64,000 nucleotides of DNA, from assembly GCA_965112735.1 (NCBI GenBank), contig OZ218957.1:930001-994000 (forward strand). The letters run 5' to 3'. Made by a program: the position numbers and the translations under genes. Every line of letters starts with the position of its first letter. The first letter of the stretch is position 1. The stretch is from Phaeosaccion multiseriatum (Eukaryota > Protista > Ochrophyta, other classes). Positions 38,162 to 49,950 of this stretch are shown piece by piece. The notes under the pieces were generated by a model. That model was not told the DNA's origin. It saw only the letters and a list, made by a program, of their open reading frames with translations, and did no database searches.

Positions 38162-39044
38162 TTAAAAGATGCCGTTGTCGTAGCGTCCCTTGACTCCCTC
38201 CAGAGCGCAGAAGTTCTTGATGTATTGCACAATGGCAGGATGCGAATCAAGACACGATTTCGGGATGTGATCCATATGTCCACGCGACAAGGAACGCAGC
38301 ACGGGCACCGCGCAGCAGTCGGCCACGGTCGGTTCGTCTCCCTTGACCAGCCACTTGCCTCCATGCGCCTTCATTAGGGACTCCATACGTGCCAAATGCT
38401 TGGGTAGCGCCTCGCTGCAGAAGGTTTCTCGGACCTTCTTGACCACCGCCTGCCCTTCTTCCGTTTTGCTGTGACCCTCCGGGTAACCGAAGATCTCAGG
38501 CTTCATGCCCATGTACAACCCCGGTTGGAGGTCCTTGCTGAGATCCTCAGCCACGCCGATCGCCTCCTCCACCTCGAAAAGCAGGTCCGTGGGATAAAGC
38601 GTCTTGGAAAAGGTCGCTCCTACCCATCGAAGCATAGCTTTGGACTGAGTCCTCATCTCGCCGCCATCAACTGAGGGAGTGAGTGAGTGAGTGAGTGAGT
38701 AAGGGAGAGAGAGAAGAACAAAAGATGGCAGCGTGAGGCGTGGTGGTAAGAGGGAGAACGGCGCCAGCCCAATGAGGGAGGAAGGAGCGAATTAACAAAA
38801 GATCAAAAGATACTGTTTAGGAGAGAACAACGCGAGTGATCTCGCACGCCCGACGTACCCGTCATCACAGGGAGCTGTCCCCCCGGTGTCTTGGGCTTGA
38901 ACTCGCCCCAGTCGGCGAACGACACGCGCTCATCTTCAAAGGGGGTCTTGCTTAGGACCAGCGCGAGTCGTACAGGTTCCGCAGCACCTTCGATGTCGAA
39001 GTACGACAGCTTGATCTTGGGGGGTTGGGGACGGGAGAGGCCAT
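38162..39044 (-). pseudogene. GST: Second GST copy, with an 8-nt insertion (frameshift) after codon 6; possibly a homopolymer error in an intact gene
   Basis: Exon 2 protein is identical to copy 1 except EDLG>EDLS. The 5' end reads GTCCCC-AACCCCCC-AAGATC versus GTCCCC-AAGATC in copy 1. Confidence 0.75.
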
Positions 39045-40094
39045 GGTAGTAAGCGAAGAAGAAGTAGAAAGAAGAAGGAGAGTGAATGTCAGAAACAATA
39101 CAATGCTCAACATAAGCTCGGGGCTTTTAAGCGGGGGGCGGGCGGGGCGGGCCAACGGAGGGATTAGGGGGGCCATTCAAATGGCGACGGAGATTCCTTG
39201 TATCACTAGACAGGGAGGTTGAGGATGAGGGTGCCGAAGTAGTATTATTTGAAGGCGGTACGGCAGCTGAGCTCCTACGCGATGGCGCAAGGAAATCTGA
39301 CTCCTGGAAGCGCACCGAGGTGCTTGCTGGCGAGGCTAGGGTAGAGGTCTAAGGATTCAGTGGGGGGCACAAACTGACCCTCCAAACCTTGCCCTCGTTC
39401 CATTCCCCCCCACAGCGCTGCAAAAGGAATGAGAAGTGAGAAGGCATCAGAGGGCGCCATATAGTTCGAGTTTAGCAGTGCTGTACAAGCGGGTGAAGGG
39501 ATTGTGGAGGAGAAAAGCGAAGCAGAGAGAGGAGACATTGTCACCAGAGTAGCACAAGAGGAAAGAAGGAGGGGAGGAGAGAGGGAGAGAAAGGGACGAA
39601 GAAGGCAACAAGCGAGAGCAGGGGAGAGAAGGAGATCACGATGATGGTGAAGATGGAGAGGAGACAGAGGCGCAAAATGCGGGTAGCACCAGAAAGAAGG
39701 AAGGTGGAGAAGGTGAAGAGAGGGAGAGTCGAGAGGGCGGGAGACTGAATACACAGCCGCCCACCATGGCCTCCTGAGGCGCATCTTCGTGGAGCTGACG
39801 ACTCTGAGGTCCGATGAGATGTCCCTCTGGAGAGAGGGCAACTTCGGATGCCCTGTGTGGTCTCTGGAAGGCCGAAGATGGCAAAGGATAAGTCCAGAAT
39901 CAGCCCATCCAGCAGCTCACACACTGGCTACTCTTACTTGAAGACGCTAAGGGGGCTCATTGAGGCGGGGAAGCTCAGGGTCGGGGGCTGGGGAGGAAAA
40001 TGTTGCTGGTGACTCCGTGTGTTTCCTCCACGCCGCAGGAAGAGCGATGGGAGGGGAGGCACAGAGGACAGGGAGAGCACGGAGAGCAGCATCA

Positions 40095-40419
40095 TCGACC
40101 CCTGACGTGCTACCTGTTGTCTGCTACCGCCGGCCTCAGCCAACGTGCTACCTTCTACCGCCGGTGCCAGCCGGCGTGCTACCTGCTACGGCCAGCGTCA
40201 CCCGGCGTTGACCTGCTACTGGCCGACCAGCCGGCCGGCCGACCATCAGCTTCCACCGCCGGCGTGAGCTAGCTTCTACCTGCTACCGCCGGCGTCAGCT
40301 GGCGTACCTGCTACCGACCGGCCGCCAGTAGCGTGCTACCGGGCTTCGGAGGGCCCGGTAGCATACTGCGGGCCCGGTAGCATGCTGCCGAAATCGCTCG
40401 GTAGCACGTAACGGGTCGA
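40095..40419. mobile_element. Non-autonomous TIR element (MITE-like), 325 bp
   Basis: 20-bp TIRs TCGACCCCTGACGTGCTACC / TCGACCCGTTACGTGCTACC (18/20 identical). Many internal GCTACC/GGTAGC motifs. GCATCA flanks both sides. The element is absent from the paralogous site at about 2140-2155. Confidence 0.85.
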
Positions 40420-40609
40420 GCATCAGCATCAGCAGGTCCACGATCCACCAGCGCCACGTTTCAGCAGGCGCTCTCTCTGAGTCCCTCGGCTGTTGGCACC
40501 CTTTACAACTGCAGCTCGCATAAATGATTAATGAGGGCGAGTGGTCAGCAGAAAATTAAGACTGTCAACTCCTACACCGAGTTTACATTACCTCCAATTC
40601 GGCCCCTCG

Positions 40610-40691
40610 GGTTAGTTGCCCGAGTGGTTAAGGGGTTGGACTTGAAATCCAATGTCATCCTGATGCACAGGTTCAAATCCTGTACTATCCG
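40610..40691 (+). tRNA. tRNA-Ser(TGA): tRNA-Ser (anticodon TGA), long variable arm
   Basis: GGTTAGT TG CCCG AGTGGTTA AGGG G TTGGA CTTGAAA TCCAA ... ACAGG TTCAAAT CCTGT ACTATCC G. A and B boxes are intact; there is one acceptor-stem mismatch. Confidence 0.92.
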
Positions 40692-40700
40692 TTTTTTTTT
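40692..40700 (+). terminator. RNA polymerase III oligo-T terminator
   Basis: T9 immediately follows the tRNA discriminator base. Confidence 0.85.
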
Positions 40701-41148
40701 CATTACCTACCATCCCACTCCACAGGTAGCCGTGGACTGGATCAGGACCCAAGGGTTCCTGTATAGTCTGTAGTCCTCTTGTCCATGGTACAATGTAGAG
40801 TAGAGGGACCGGAGGGACCAAAGCAGTTTCTCGCAGGGTATCACGTGCACACGATGGTAGGACTTCCCGTTCTCTTCTTCCCAAGGGAAAAACTTTTGCT
40901 ACGCGGATAGGGTAGGCTGCTTAGTTTCATCCGGTTGGGGACTCTACCCACGAGTAAATACTTCGTAGCACTTGGAAATACTTCGTAGCACTTGGAGGTA
41001 AAAGGAAAGGAATTAAGACGACGGCGAGGAAGAAAAGGGTGCGAGTTGGTGGTGGGCGCCAACTGTGAACGCGGGGAATTCAAGTTTCAGCTCACCCTCC
41101 CCTCTTCGTTGTCTCGATTGTCTCACAGTAACGCGCCTTGGGAACGCC

Positions 41149-43017
41149 ATGAGGCTTGACGTGTACAGCGTGCTGAGCGTAGTGGCCTTGGCAGGCTCCA
41201 TGTTATATGCCTACGACTCCAGGTGAGGCTGACCGGTGGAAGGAATAACGGCAGCAGCAGCGGACATCACGGACGCTCCCTCTCGCGTGTTGTTGACTTC
41301 CCTGCTGCTTGTCCCCGCGCCCTTTTTGCGGCTCGGATCGCTCCAAAGGAGTCGAGGGCCCACGGAGGGAGGGGCTGCCGTGTATGCGCCTTGTCATACA
41401 CCACATTTAATATCTTTCCCAGTGTTTCTGTGGCAAGGCCATAACCGCAACCTCCACCTCCCCCAATTCGCTAACCTCTCTTATTCTCACCTCTTGTAAC
41501 GAGCGCCAGGCGAGGTGACTTTTATACCTCGGCCATCTTTATGAGCAACAACAAGTTCTGCCTCGTCATCCTCGGCAACATGGCGCTCGTGTCCACCTTT
41601 CTGGTGGGGAGGACGGTGAGGAGAATCTTCCTGGGAAGCCTTCGGGACATGGAGCTCGAGATTTTGTACGAGAACAGCAGGTATGTGCGGTATGGGTGAG
41701 CTCTCTACGAGTCCCCGTCCTCGTCCTTCCTTCCCTCTACCTGCTCTGCGTTCCATGTGGGCCACACTTACACGCCTCCTTGCCTCGTGTAGTCTCTCCC
41801 TCTCATGCTCTTCATTTCCCTCTCTTATCCCAGATTCGCCGTGACGGAAACGTGCATGGCCCTGACCATCTTCCGTGAGGAGCTGTCACCATGGGTGCTC
41901 GCGTTCTTCACCTTGCTCTTCTTTTGCAAGGCGTTCCACTGGCTGGCGCACGCCAGAGTGGAACACGTGGAGCAGCTCGGTACGCACAGCACGCCCTCCG
42001 CCGTGCGGCTGGTCTGCCTGCTGCTGTTGTGCCTCCTCGTGGACGTCAGCGTGGTCAACTCGTGCGTGGTCATGCTCCTCGCCCAGCGGCCCAGCGTGCT
42101 CATCCTCTTTGCCTTTGAGTTCTCCATCCTGGCGGTCAGTGCGGCCTCCACCTTCGCACGCTACCTGCTCCACCTGGTAGACGCCCGCATCGACGGCACC
42201 TGGCACAGTAAGAACAGCTACATGTTCCTGCTGGAGTTCGTCACCGAGGTGCTGCGCTTCTTCTTTTACGTTGTCTTCTTTGGCATTGTGTTTACATACT
42301 ACGGCATGCCGCTGCACATTGTGCGCGATCTGTGGGTGTCCTACACAAACCTGCGGCGCCGCCTGCAGACATACAACCGCTACCGCACGCTCACAGGTAG
42401 GATAGGTGGAAGGGAGGGATGGAGGCTGTCCAAGGCGAGATTGACGGGAAATTGGAACGACCTCCTGCACTACAAAGAGAGCTCCATCCGGCACTGTCTG
42501 TCATGATCCGTGTGTGTGCCTTGTGCTTCCCTCCGTCTCACTCTCTCTCTCTCTCTTGACCCGTGCCGCCATCCACTACCATCCATCCATGCAGCCAACA
42601 TGAATGAGCGCTTCCCCGACGCCACGGCGGAGGAGCTGGAGGCGTGCGAGCACACATGCATCATCTGCAGAGACTCGATGGAGGAGGGCAAGAAGCTCCC
42701 CTGCAGCCACATCTTCCACTTCCACTGCCTGCGCTTGTGGCTGCAGCACCAGCAGACCTGCCCGACGTGTAGAGCGGATATCTCGGCCTCAGAGCCCATC
42801 CCCGCAGCAGCGGCAGCAGCAGCGGTGGCGGCGGCGCCAGTGGCGGAGGCGGCAGAGGCCCGGGCGGCTGCTGGCGTGGGGGGGGGTCCTGCCGCAGAGG
42901 CGGAGGGGTTGCAACCGCCGGGGGGCGACGGCAGGCAGGAGCACCAGGAGCAGCAGCCGGGCGAGCAGCACGTGGTGGCAGCTGCAGCTGCTGTAGCAGG
43001 AGCAGCAGCACCAGCAC

Positions 43018-43049
<32 letters not shown>

Positions 43050-44015
43050 GCAGTGGGAGAGGGGGCGGCGTGGCCCCCCCGCCAGCAGCAGCAACATCGA
43101 GGGGGGGCAGGGGAGTCTCACGGGCCGAAGGGGTCCTCACTGGAGCGCGAGACGCGAGGAAGGCGCTGCCTGCCGGCCACATGGCCTGCTGTGGTGAGGA
43201 TCGTGGCTGAGCGAGGGGCGGTGGTGCGCGAGCAGCCGCATAGCCTGTCCAAGGGGCTGCGCACTGTGCCCTCTGGGAGCTATCTGTGTGTGCTCAACAG
43301 GTTAGGTGAATGTCTCGCCTCCGCCAGCGGCGCCACAAGCAGCAGACACAGCCCGAGTAGCTGGTCTAGCCCGATACCCGACAAGAAGTCGAATGTCAGT
43401 GCGTTCTGGCAGACGGTGGACGGGTGGGTGGAGGAGGGGGGGGGAGAGACTGTGGTGGAGCCAATACTCGACGCTCAGTTTCCGCCGGGGGCTGTGGAAG
43501 GTCTTGTAGCCCAAGCGGCGGGGCTGGCATCATCGGGGGCGGGGCGGGGAGGGGCTCCCTTCGATCCTCGCAAACTAGTAGGAGTTGGGGGAGGAGGAGG
43601 AGGAGGAGGAGGAGGAGGAGGAGGAGGAGGAGCAGGAGGAGGAGGAGGAGGAGGAGCAGGAGAGGGGGCAGTAGTTGCTTCTGAAAGCAAAGGAGGTGTT
43701 AGTATCAAGGCGGATGGCAGCAACCTGTCGACAGGGGCTCGGCCGGAGTCTGAGGTGGAGGGTCAGGCACGCCAAAGCGAGGAGGACAGTAGCGTGGCTG
43801 CTCGACTGAATCGAATCGAGGGGGAGCTTGCCGCCACGAATGACATGCTCCGAGCTATCATGCAGCAGCAGCAGCAGCAGCACCAGCACCAGCAGCACCA
43901 GCACCAGCAGGAGCAGCAGCAGCAGGGCGGTGCCATTGGCCAAGTCCCTCCGGCGAGCCCGCCCCCGACGCCTCCCAGAGCAGCCTGCCCTGCTGCACCC
44001 AAGAAGAGCAGGTGA
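41149..44015 (+). CDS. HRD1: HRD1/synoviolin-type ERAD E3 ubiquitin ligase; exons 41149-41222, 41510-41680, 41834-42396, 42594-44015
   Basis: Motifs RRIFLGSLRDMELEILYE, FAVTETCMALTIFREE, KAFHWLA, ILFAFEF and YGMPLHIVRDL. MNERFPDATAEEL is followed by a RING-H2 (CIICRD..KKLPCSHIFHFHCLRLWLQHQQTCPTCR). Confidence 0.93.
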
Positions 44016-44199
44016 TGAGTGCGCTTGGTTGAAGTGAAGAGCACGAGAGAGAGAGGGGGTGGAGGGGGCACCTCTCTGTCTCTGCCTTTTCTCTCTTTCT
44101 CGGGAGAAAAGGGGCAAGAAACGGCAAGAGTGAAGCCAACACGAACGCTTGTGAAAGGAGACGGAAGAGATGTGAGTGATCATGTTTTCCTCTCCGTGC

Positions 44200-44373
44200 T
44201 CGGGCCCCTGGCGTGCTACCGACGTGCTTCTTGGGTAGCATGCTACTGGGCCGGCGGTAGCAGGTAGCAGGCCGCTGACGCCGGTGGTAACAGGTAGCTA
44301 ATCGCTGGCCTTTGGGGGGGAGCACGTAGGTGGCCCATATGACCACTCGCACCGGCTGGTAGCACGGCAGGCC
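44200..44373. mobile_element. Shorter, degenerate relative of the 40095-40419 TIR element
   Basis: Ends read CCCCTGGCGTGCTACC ... GGTAGCACGGCAGG, with the same internal GGTAGC/GCTACC motifs. Confidence 0.6.
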
Positions 44374-44631
44374 TCTTATTCTCCTACGACAACACACAGA
44401 GCTTGTTTTCCCTGTACATAGCGCGACCTCCCCCCCCCGAGATGTACAGTACCAAGCATAAGCCTCCATCCTCATGGCGTACTCATTGAAGGCAAACGAT
44501 AGATTTAAAAAGGGGAGAGGAGTCGGGGAGAGAGAGAAAAAAGAGCGAGAAGAAGCAGAAGAAGAAGAAAGGATGTTCATTGTTTTTCCACGTTAGCTTA
44601 CATTTTGTACACAAGAACAGAGCACCCATTG

Positions 44632-45212
44632 CTATGCTATGGGGCTCTTGTTTACTGCCTCCAAAGACGCCCCTCTCCTTTCGGCTCTCCGCGCTATCCT
44701 CGCTGCCTTGGTGGGAGTCGGCAGCCACCTATCCACGTAGGCCTTGAGAGGGAACTCCGCTAATTGCTGGGGCGAGGGGACGATGAGGTTCAGGCGCAGG
44801 TCGGGATTCACAATGAAACGTGCTGAAAATCAGGGGGGGGGGGGGGAGGGGAGAGGAGTGGAAGGAAGGGAGAGGGAGAGTGGTTCAGTCAGGTTAAATT
44901 TAGCACCATAGACAGTCATGCAGAGAGGGATAGACAGAGAAAGGGAAAGCGAGAGAAAGCGAGAGAAAGGGAGAGAGAGAAAAGAGAGAAAGAGAGACAG
45001 AGAGAGAGAAAGAGGAGAGAGAGAGCAGTGCATGTGGGTGGTCTAGTCTCACCTTTGCTCGTGATGCGGCCTTCCTTCCTGCAGTTGTTGCCCTTGTAAA
45101 AGCCCTGCTTCCTTGCATACTTGGTGGTCAGGGGGATGCGCTTTCGCATGGCATTGCTCATCAGCTTGGCCATACGAAAGCCTCCTCTGTACACATTACC
45201 AATCACCGGCAT
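44632..45212 (-). CDS. MRPL41: Mitochondrial ribosomal protein mL41; exons 45212-45053 and 44823-44632
   Basis: RIPLTTK...GFYKGNNCRKEGRITSK-ARFIVNPD...LIVP...PLKAYV matches the mL41 (yeast MrpL27) pattern. Confidence 0.82.
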
Positions 45213-45574
45213 GATCTACTGCTCCTTAAGGGCTCTGCGATGATATCCACTCTTTCTTCTTCTATGAAATCCCTGCCTGCCTGCCTCCCGCTCTATGCGG
45301 GCAGTAAGGCAGTGAGCGATAATCAATGACCCCCTCGGGCCCGAGCGATACTCATCATTCGAGAGGGACAGAGGCGACGCTACCGAATTTCCTCTCTCCC
45401 TCCTTGCACTCGCCTCCACACACACGTGCTAGTGATAATGTGGGGGCTGGTTCTCCTTGGTCGACGGAAGCGTCTCCGCTCCCTCTCCACGGTCTCTCGT
45501 TAGAGCCGGCAGGCAAGGGACGAAGAGGCAGAAAGGCTATCGGCTCGGAGGACGGGAGGAGAGAGAAGGACAAG

Positions 45575-48500
45575 ATGGATCGCCACAGCCGGGAGGGGGT
45601 CATGCTCCTGGTCCTGATCGGGCTGCTGATCATCTTCTTCGGGCTCGTCGCCCTGGCTCACGTAGCCCCGTTCTTCACCGCGTCCGTAGTGTGCTTCATC
45701 TGCCTCGCGACCTGGTACATGGACGAGAGGTCTTCCATCCACTCGGCGCAGGTGAGCGGGAGGCTTCTTCGCCGGTTAGGTTGCAGCAGTCTACCCCAGA
45801 CGTGCTTTCTGCTCTGCTCTGCGGTGCTGCTTCGACTGCTGCTGCGGAGTGAAAAATGTGGGCGGAATGTTTCATTCAATTCCGTGTGAGTCCCTCCTTG
45901 CGTCTCTCTCTGTCCATCTCCTTTGCTTCCGTCCCTGCGCTCACTCGCTCACTCAGCTCTTCAACCTCATCTCCCCCTCCTTCTCTCTCTCTCTCTCGCC
46001 GCTCCCCTCTCGCGCCCAGGAAATCGAGAACCGCGTGGTGACGTTACTCGCCTTTACCTTCTCCACATGTCTGTTCTTCATCGACGACTCCCCGCTGTCC
46101 TTCGGCTGCAGCTACCCTGGATGCGGCGTGCTGGGTGTGCTAGCCTTCACGTTTGGCATGCACATCTATGATCGACAGACACACCGGGACCGGGCGTCTC
46201 GGCGACCGCTCTTCCCCAGCATGGGCCAGCCAGCACCACCGCACCCTCACCACCGAGCCAACGCGTCCTCCTCCTACCCGCTTCCCTCCTCCTCGACACT
46301 GCGGTATCGCAGCCACCACAACTCTCCTTCTCCCTCCGCCGCCTCCTCCCGCACACCACCCTCGGCCTCTTCTTCCCCCCCCGCCTCCTCGTCTCGCCAT
46401 CGCCATTCTCTTTCCATGCCCCCCACCATTCCACACTCCTCCTCCCCAGCGCCAACGCCAACCGCGTCTTCCCTGGACATGTATTCATCGCAGCCCATCT
46501 CTTTGTTATCCTCCCGCTCGGCATCACCTTCTTCGCGGGGACGGGGAGGAGGAGGAGGAGCAGGAGCAGGCGTGAGAGCAGCAACAACAGCAGCGGCGGC
46601 GGCGGCTATGGCAGCAGAAGAAGACGACGTGTTTCGCCTTAGCGTGGAGGAGACTGTGGGGCTCATCCACGGGCTTCTTGCCCGCCTCGACAAGACATTC
46701 ATCGCCACCAACATTGCCTTCATGGCCCAGGCCTCAACAGTGCGCAAACTGGAGGAGGGTATCATCGACGGCCTCAGTAGCTGCACACGCACCGAGCTCA
46801 ACGAGGCCATCCCCTTGCTCAAGCTCGGCCTTATCCTATACAAGGTGAAGGACAGGACCGGCTCCCCGAACCGTACCCGCCTGTTGGACCTGCTTGCCAA
46901 GGATAGGCTCAGTGATTTGGACGTTCGCAGCAAGGCACACGTCCTCGATGCCATGCAGGTGTGTATATACATGTGTGTGTGTGTGTGTATGCATGTGTGT
47001 GTGTATATATGCATGGGTGTGTGTATATACATGTGTGTGTATACATGTGTGTGTGTGTATATATATGGGTGTGTGTGTGTGTGCGTGCGTGTGACAGCCC
47101 CTGCAATGTGCTTAGCTTAAGCGACGCGACTCGACCGACTGATCACTGCACTTCCACTTGCACTGGTGAACCACCAACAGGTGATGATGCTTCGCGCACA
47201 CGGAAAGGGGAGCAGCTATGTACTGGGTCTACTCAAGTCGACCAAAGGGGATGAGCTAAGCATGCTCAAGTCCCTCACGGACTGCAAGGGGGACTTTCAC
47301 TCCCTACACAAGCTCGTGTACACGGACATTACGGACGAGAAGACGCGCACGTTGGTGCTCCAGCATATCGCCAAGGAGGGAGCCGTGCAGGCTGCGCATA
47401 TGGCAATGAATACGAGTATGGCCAAGAGAAGGAAGGGCATGGCGTGGAGGAAGGTGAGGAAGGAATGGAGGGAGGGAGGGAGGGAGTGAGTGAGTGGGGG
47501 AGTTGCTTGTGTGGGTGGATGATTGCTGGAATGGTTGGGCGAGTAAGCTTCTTGGTTGGGCGGGACGATGGGTGGCACCTGTGGTGTTCGATCATTGCGC
47601 CTTGACCGGAAGGGAGAGGCTAGGCTTTGCGAGAGAGCCTCTCTCCTCCTGACCCACATGACTCCATGATGCTGCTCTCCTCCTGACCCCCATCACTGTC
47701 TCTCTCCTCCTGACCCACATCACTGCCTCTCTCCTCCTAACCCACATCACTCCATGTCTTGCCTGCTTCGAGGGATATGCTTCTCTGGGGTCGGCCTCGG
47801 GGACGGGCGTAGTGTATGTACCGCCCCCCTCTCTGTTCGCCTTGTCCTCATGCCTCTTCTCGCCCTCTCTCTTGGCCTTGTCCTCATGCCTCTTCTCGCC
47901 CTCTCTCTTGGCCTTGTCCTCATGCCTCTTCTCGCCCCGCCCTGGCCCCCCTTTTTTCTCTGCTGTGCTGTGCTGTGCTGTGTGATTCCATATCCCCAAC
48001 TGCTGCCTCACAGATTCTGTCCGATGTTGACGACACCCTCACAAGCTCAGGCGGACGTTTCCCTGCGGGCGTGGATAAAATCTACCCCAAAAAGGCCATT
48101 TACCCCGGAATACTCGACCTCTACAGAGAGCTTGACCTGGGTACAGAGGGCTCGGACGAGTGGACACGGGGCAGAGTGGGCAACTTGGTGCTACTCAGCG
48201 CGAGGCCGCACTTTTATAAGGACTTTAGTGAGCGCAAGACGTATGCGAAGACCGGGAAGCTGCAGGTGAGGAGGAGGGGGGGGAAGGGGTGCTTGCTGGG
48301 TTTGGTTTGGTTGGGTGGAGTTTTGGTGTGGGTGGGTGGGTGGGTGGGTGGGTGGATGAGTGGGTGGGTAGGAGCGGAGACATGGGATAGCTATAGTAGT
48401 AGGAGGTGGGAGGTGGGACAAAGGATTACCTTTGTACCCTCCCCCCCTACACACACAAACACACCCTAGTCAACCTATGGCCCCGCGTGACTGATTGACC

Positions 48501-49918
48501 GACTGACGATTCCACCGTTCCATCCACCACCGCCGCCGTCAGGCGGAACGCGCGCTGTATACGAGCCCCACACTGCTCGCAGGGAGCATGGACACAGGGA
48601 CGCGGTACATTATCGGCAGCACAGAGCCAATGGCGCGCAAGAAGTTTGAGAACTTTTGCGAGTACATGTGTCTCTATCCGGAGTTCAAGTATGTGTTTAT
48701 TGGGGACAATGGCCAGGGCGATGTGAGGGCGGCGGAGATGATGATCGAGGCGTATCCCAGGTGAGTGGTGTGAGAGAGGAGGGGAGAGGGGAAAGGGCAA
48801 GGTGAAGGTTTAGGATGGACAGAGCGGCGACGAGAGAGTTGAGAGAGACTAAAGACGCACCGACAGTTACAGCACATAAAGGAAGGAGGCCGAAATTGTG
48901 AATGCGTGCATGCCTTTCCGCCGTTGCGCTCACGCTCGCTTCGCTCTGCTCGTGTTATGTGCCCCCGTCCCGACGCACGGCTCGCCTCAACTCCTTTGTT
49001 GTATCGCCAACTGCTGTATTGCTGTATCACCAACCTGCAGTGCCTTTGACGGAGTGTACATGCACCAAGTACTCCCTCTTGAAGAAACGTACGGCTTCAA
49101 GGGCCCGGAGACGCTGCAGAGGTGGAGAGAGCTCGGCATTGTGTTTGTCAAGAACTACGTTGATGCAGCGGTGCACGCTTACGGGAGGACTGCCACCAAG
49201 CAGGCGCTCATCCGGGCGTCGGGGCTGCGCAGGATCTGTCGACAGGTGGTGACGGACTTTGAGCAGATCGCCTGGACAGACCTGAGGCACGCGGACGAGC
49301 AACGCCAGGAGCTCAATGCCAGCCTACTCAAGGCCAGGCAGGCCCTAGTCAGGAGCGGAGAGGGCAAGGAAGGGGAGGGGGACTCGGGGGATGGGGGCAA
49401 TTTGGGTATCGAGCTGATTCGGGCCAAGTGCTTCTTCGTCCCGGGCACGGAGGTGCAGGTGGGCGTGTTTGGAGTGGGCGTGGTGACGGCTTTCCGAGAG
49501 GAGGACGGCATGTACGAAGTAGCACTGGGTGGGAGCGCTCCGTGCGACGGCAGTGAGGACAGCCCTGCAGCTCCTCCTGGAGGGGGTAGTGGGACTTCTG
49601 TTGCTGCTTCTCCTTCTCATCGGAAGAGGTTTGCCCTAAGTCGTTCTCCATCGCCATTGATTGTATCGCATGCGTCGTCAATGGGTGGCTCTGATCGGCC
49701 GCCCTCGCCTCTGAGCCTGCGAAAGGGGTCACCGACCAGCGAGAGTCGCTCGCGAACGCCCTCTCCTCGCAGCGCTGCGCTGGCCTCGGCGGCAAGTGCT
49801 GGCATTGCGTCGGCTACCGCTGCCCAGACTGAGTCAAAGAGGAGTGGTCTGGCTGCTCCGAGTCCCCTAGAGACGCTAGAGACCCCAGAGACCACAACGG
49901 AGGCCGAGGTTTGCGCGG

Positions 49919-49950
<32 letters not shown>

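Larger units (their letters stand above)
37771..40501 (-). repeat. Right arm of the inverted segmental duplication (partner 2067-4410)
   Basis: Reverse complement of the left arm, with an extra 325-bp insertion at 40095-40419. Confidence 0.95.

Noticed and set aside
40956-40996. 20-bp direct duplication (AAATACTTCGTAGCACTTGG) upstream of HRD1
   Set aside because: A simple two-copy tandem duplication with no further evidence of function.
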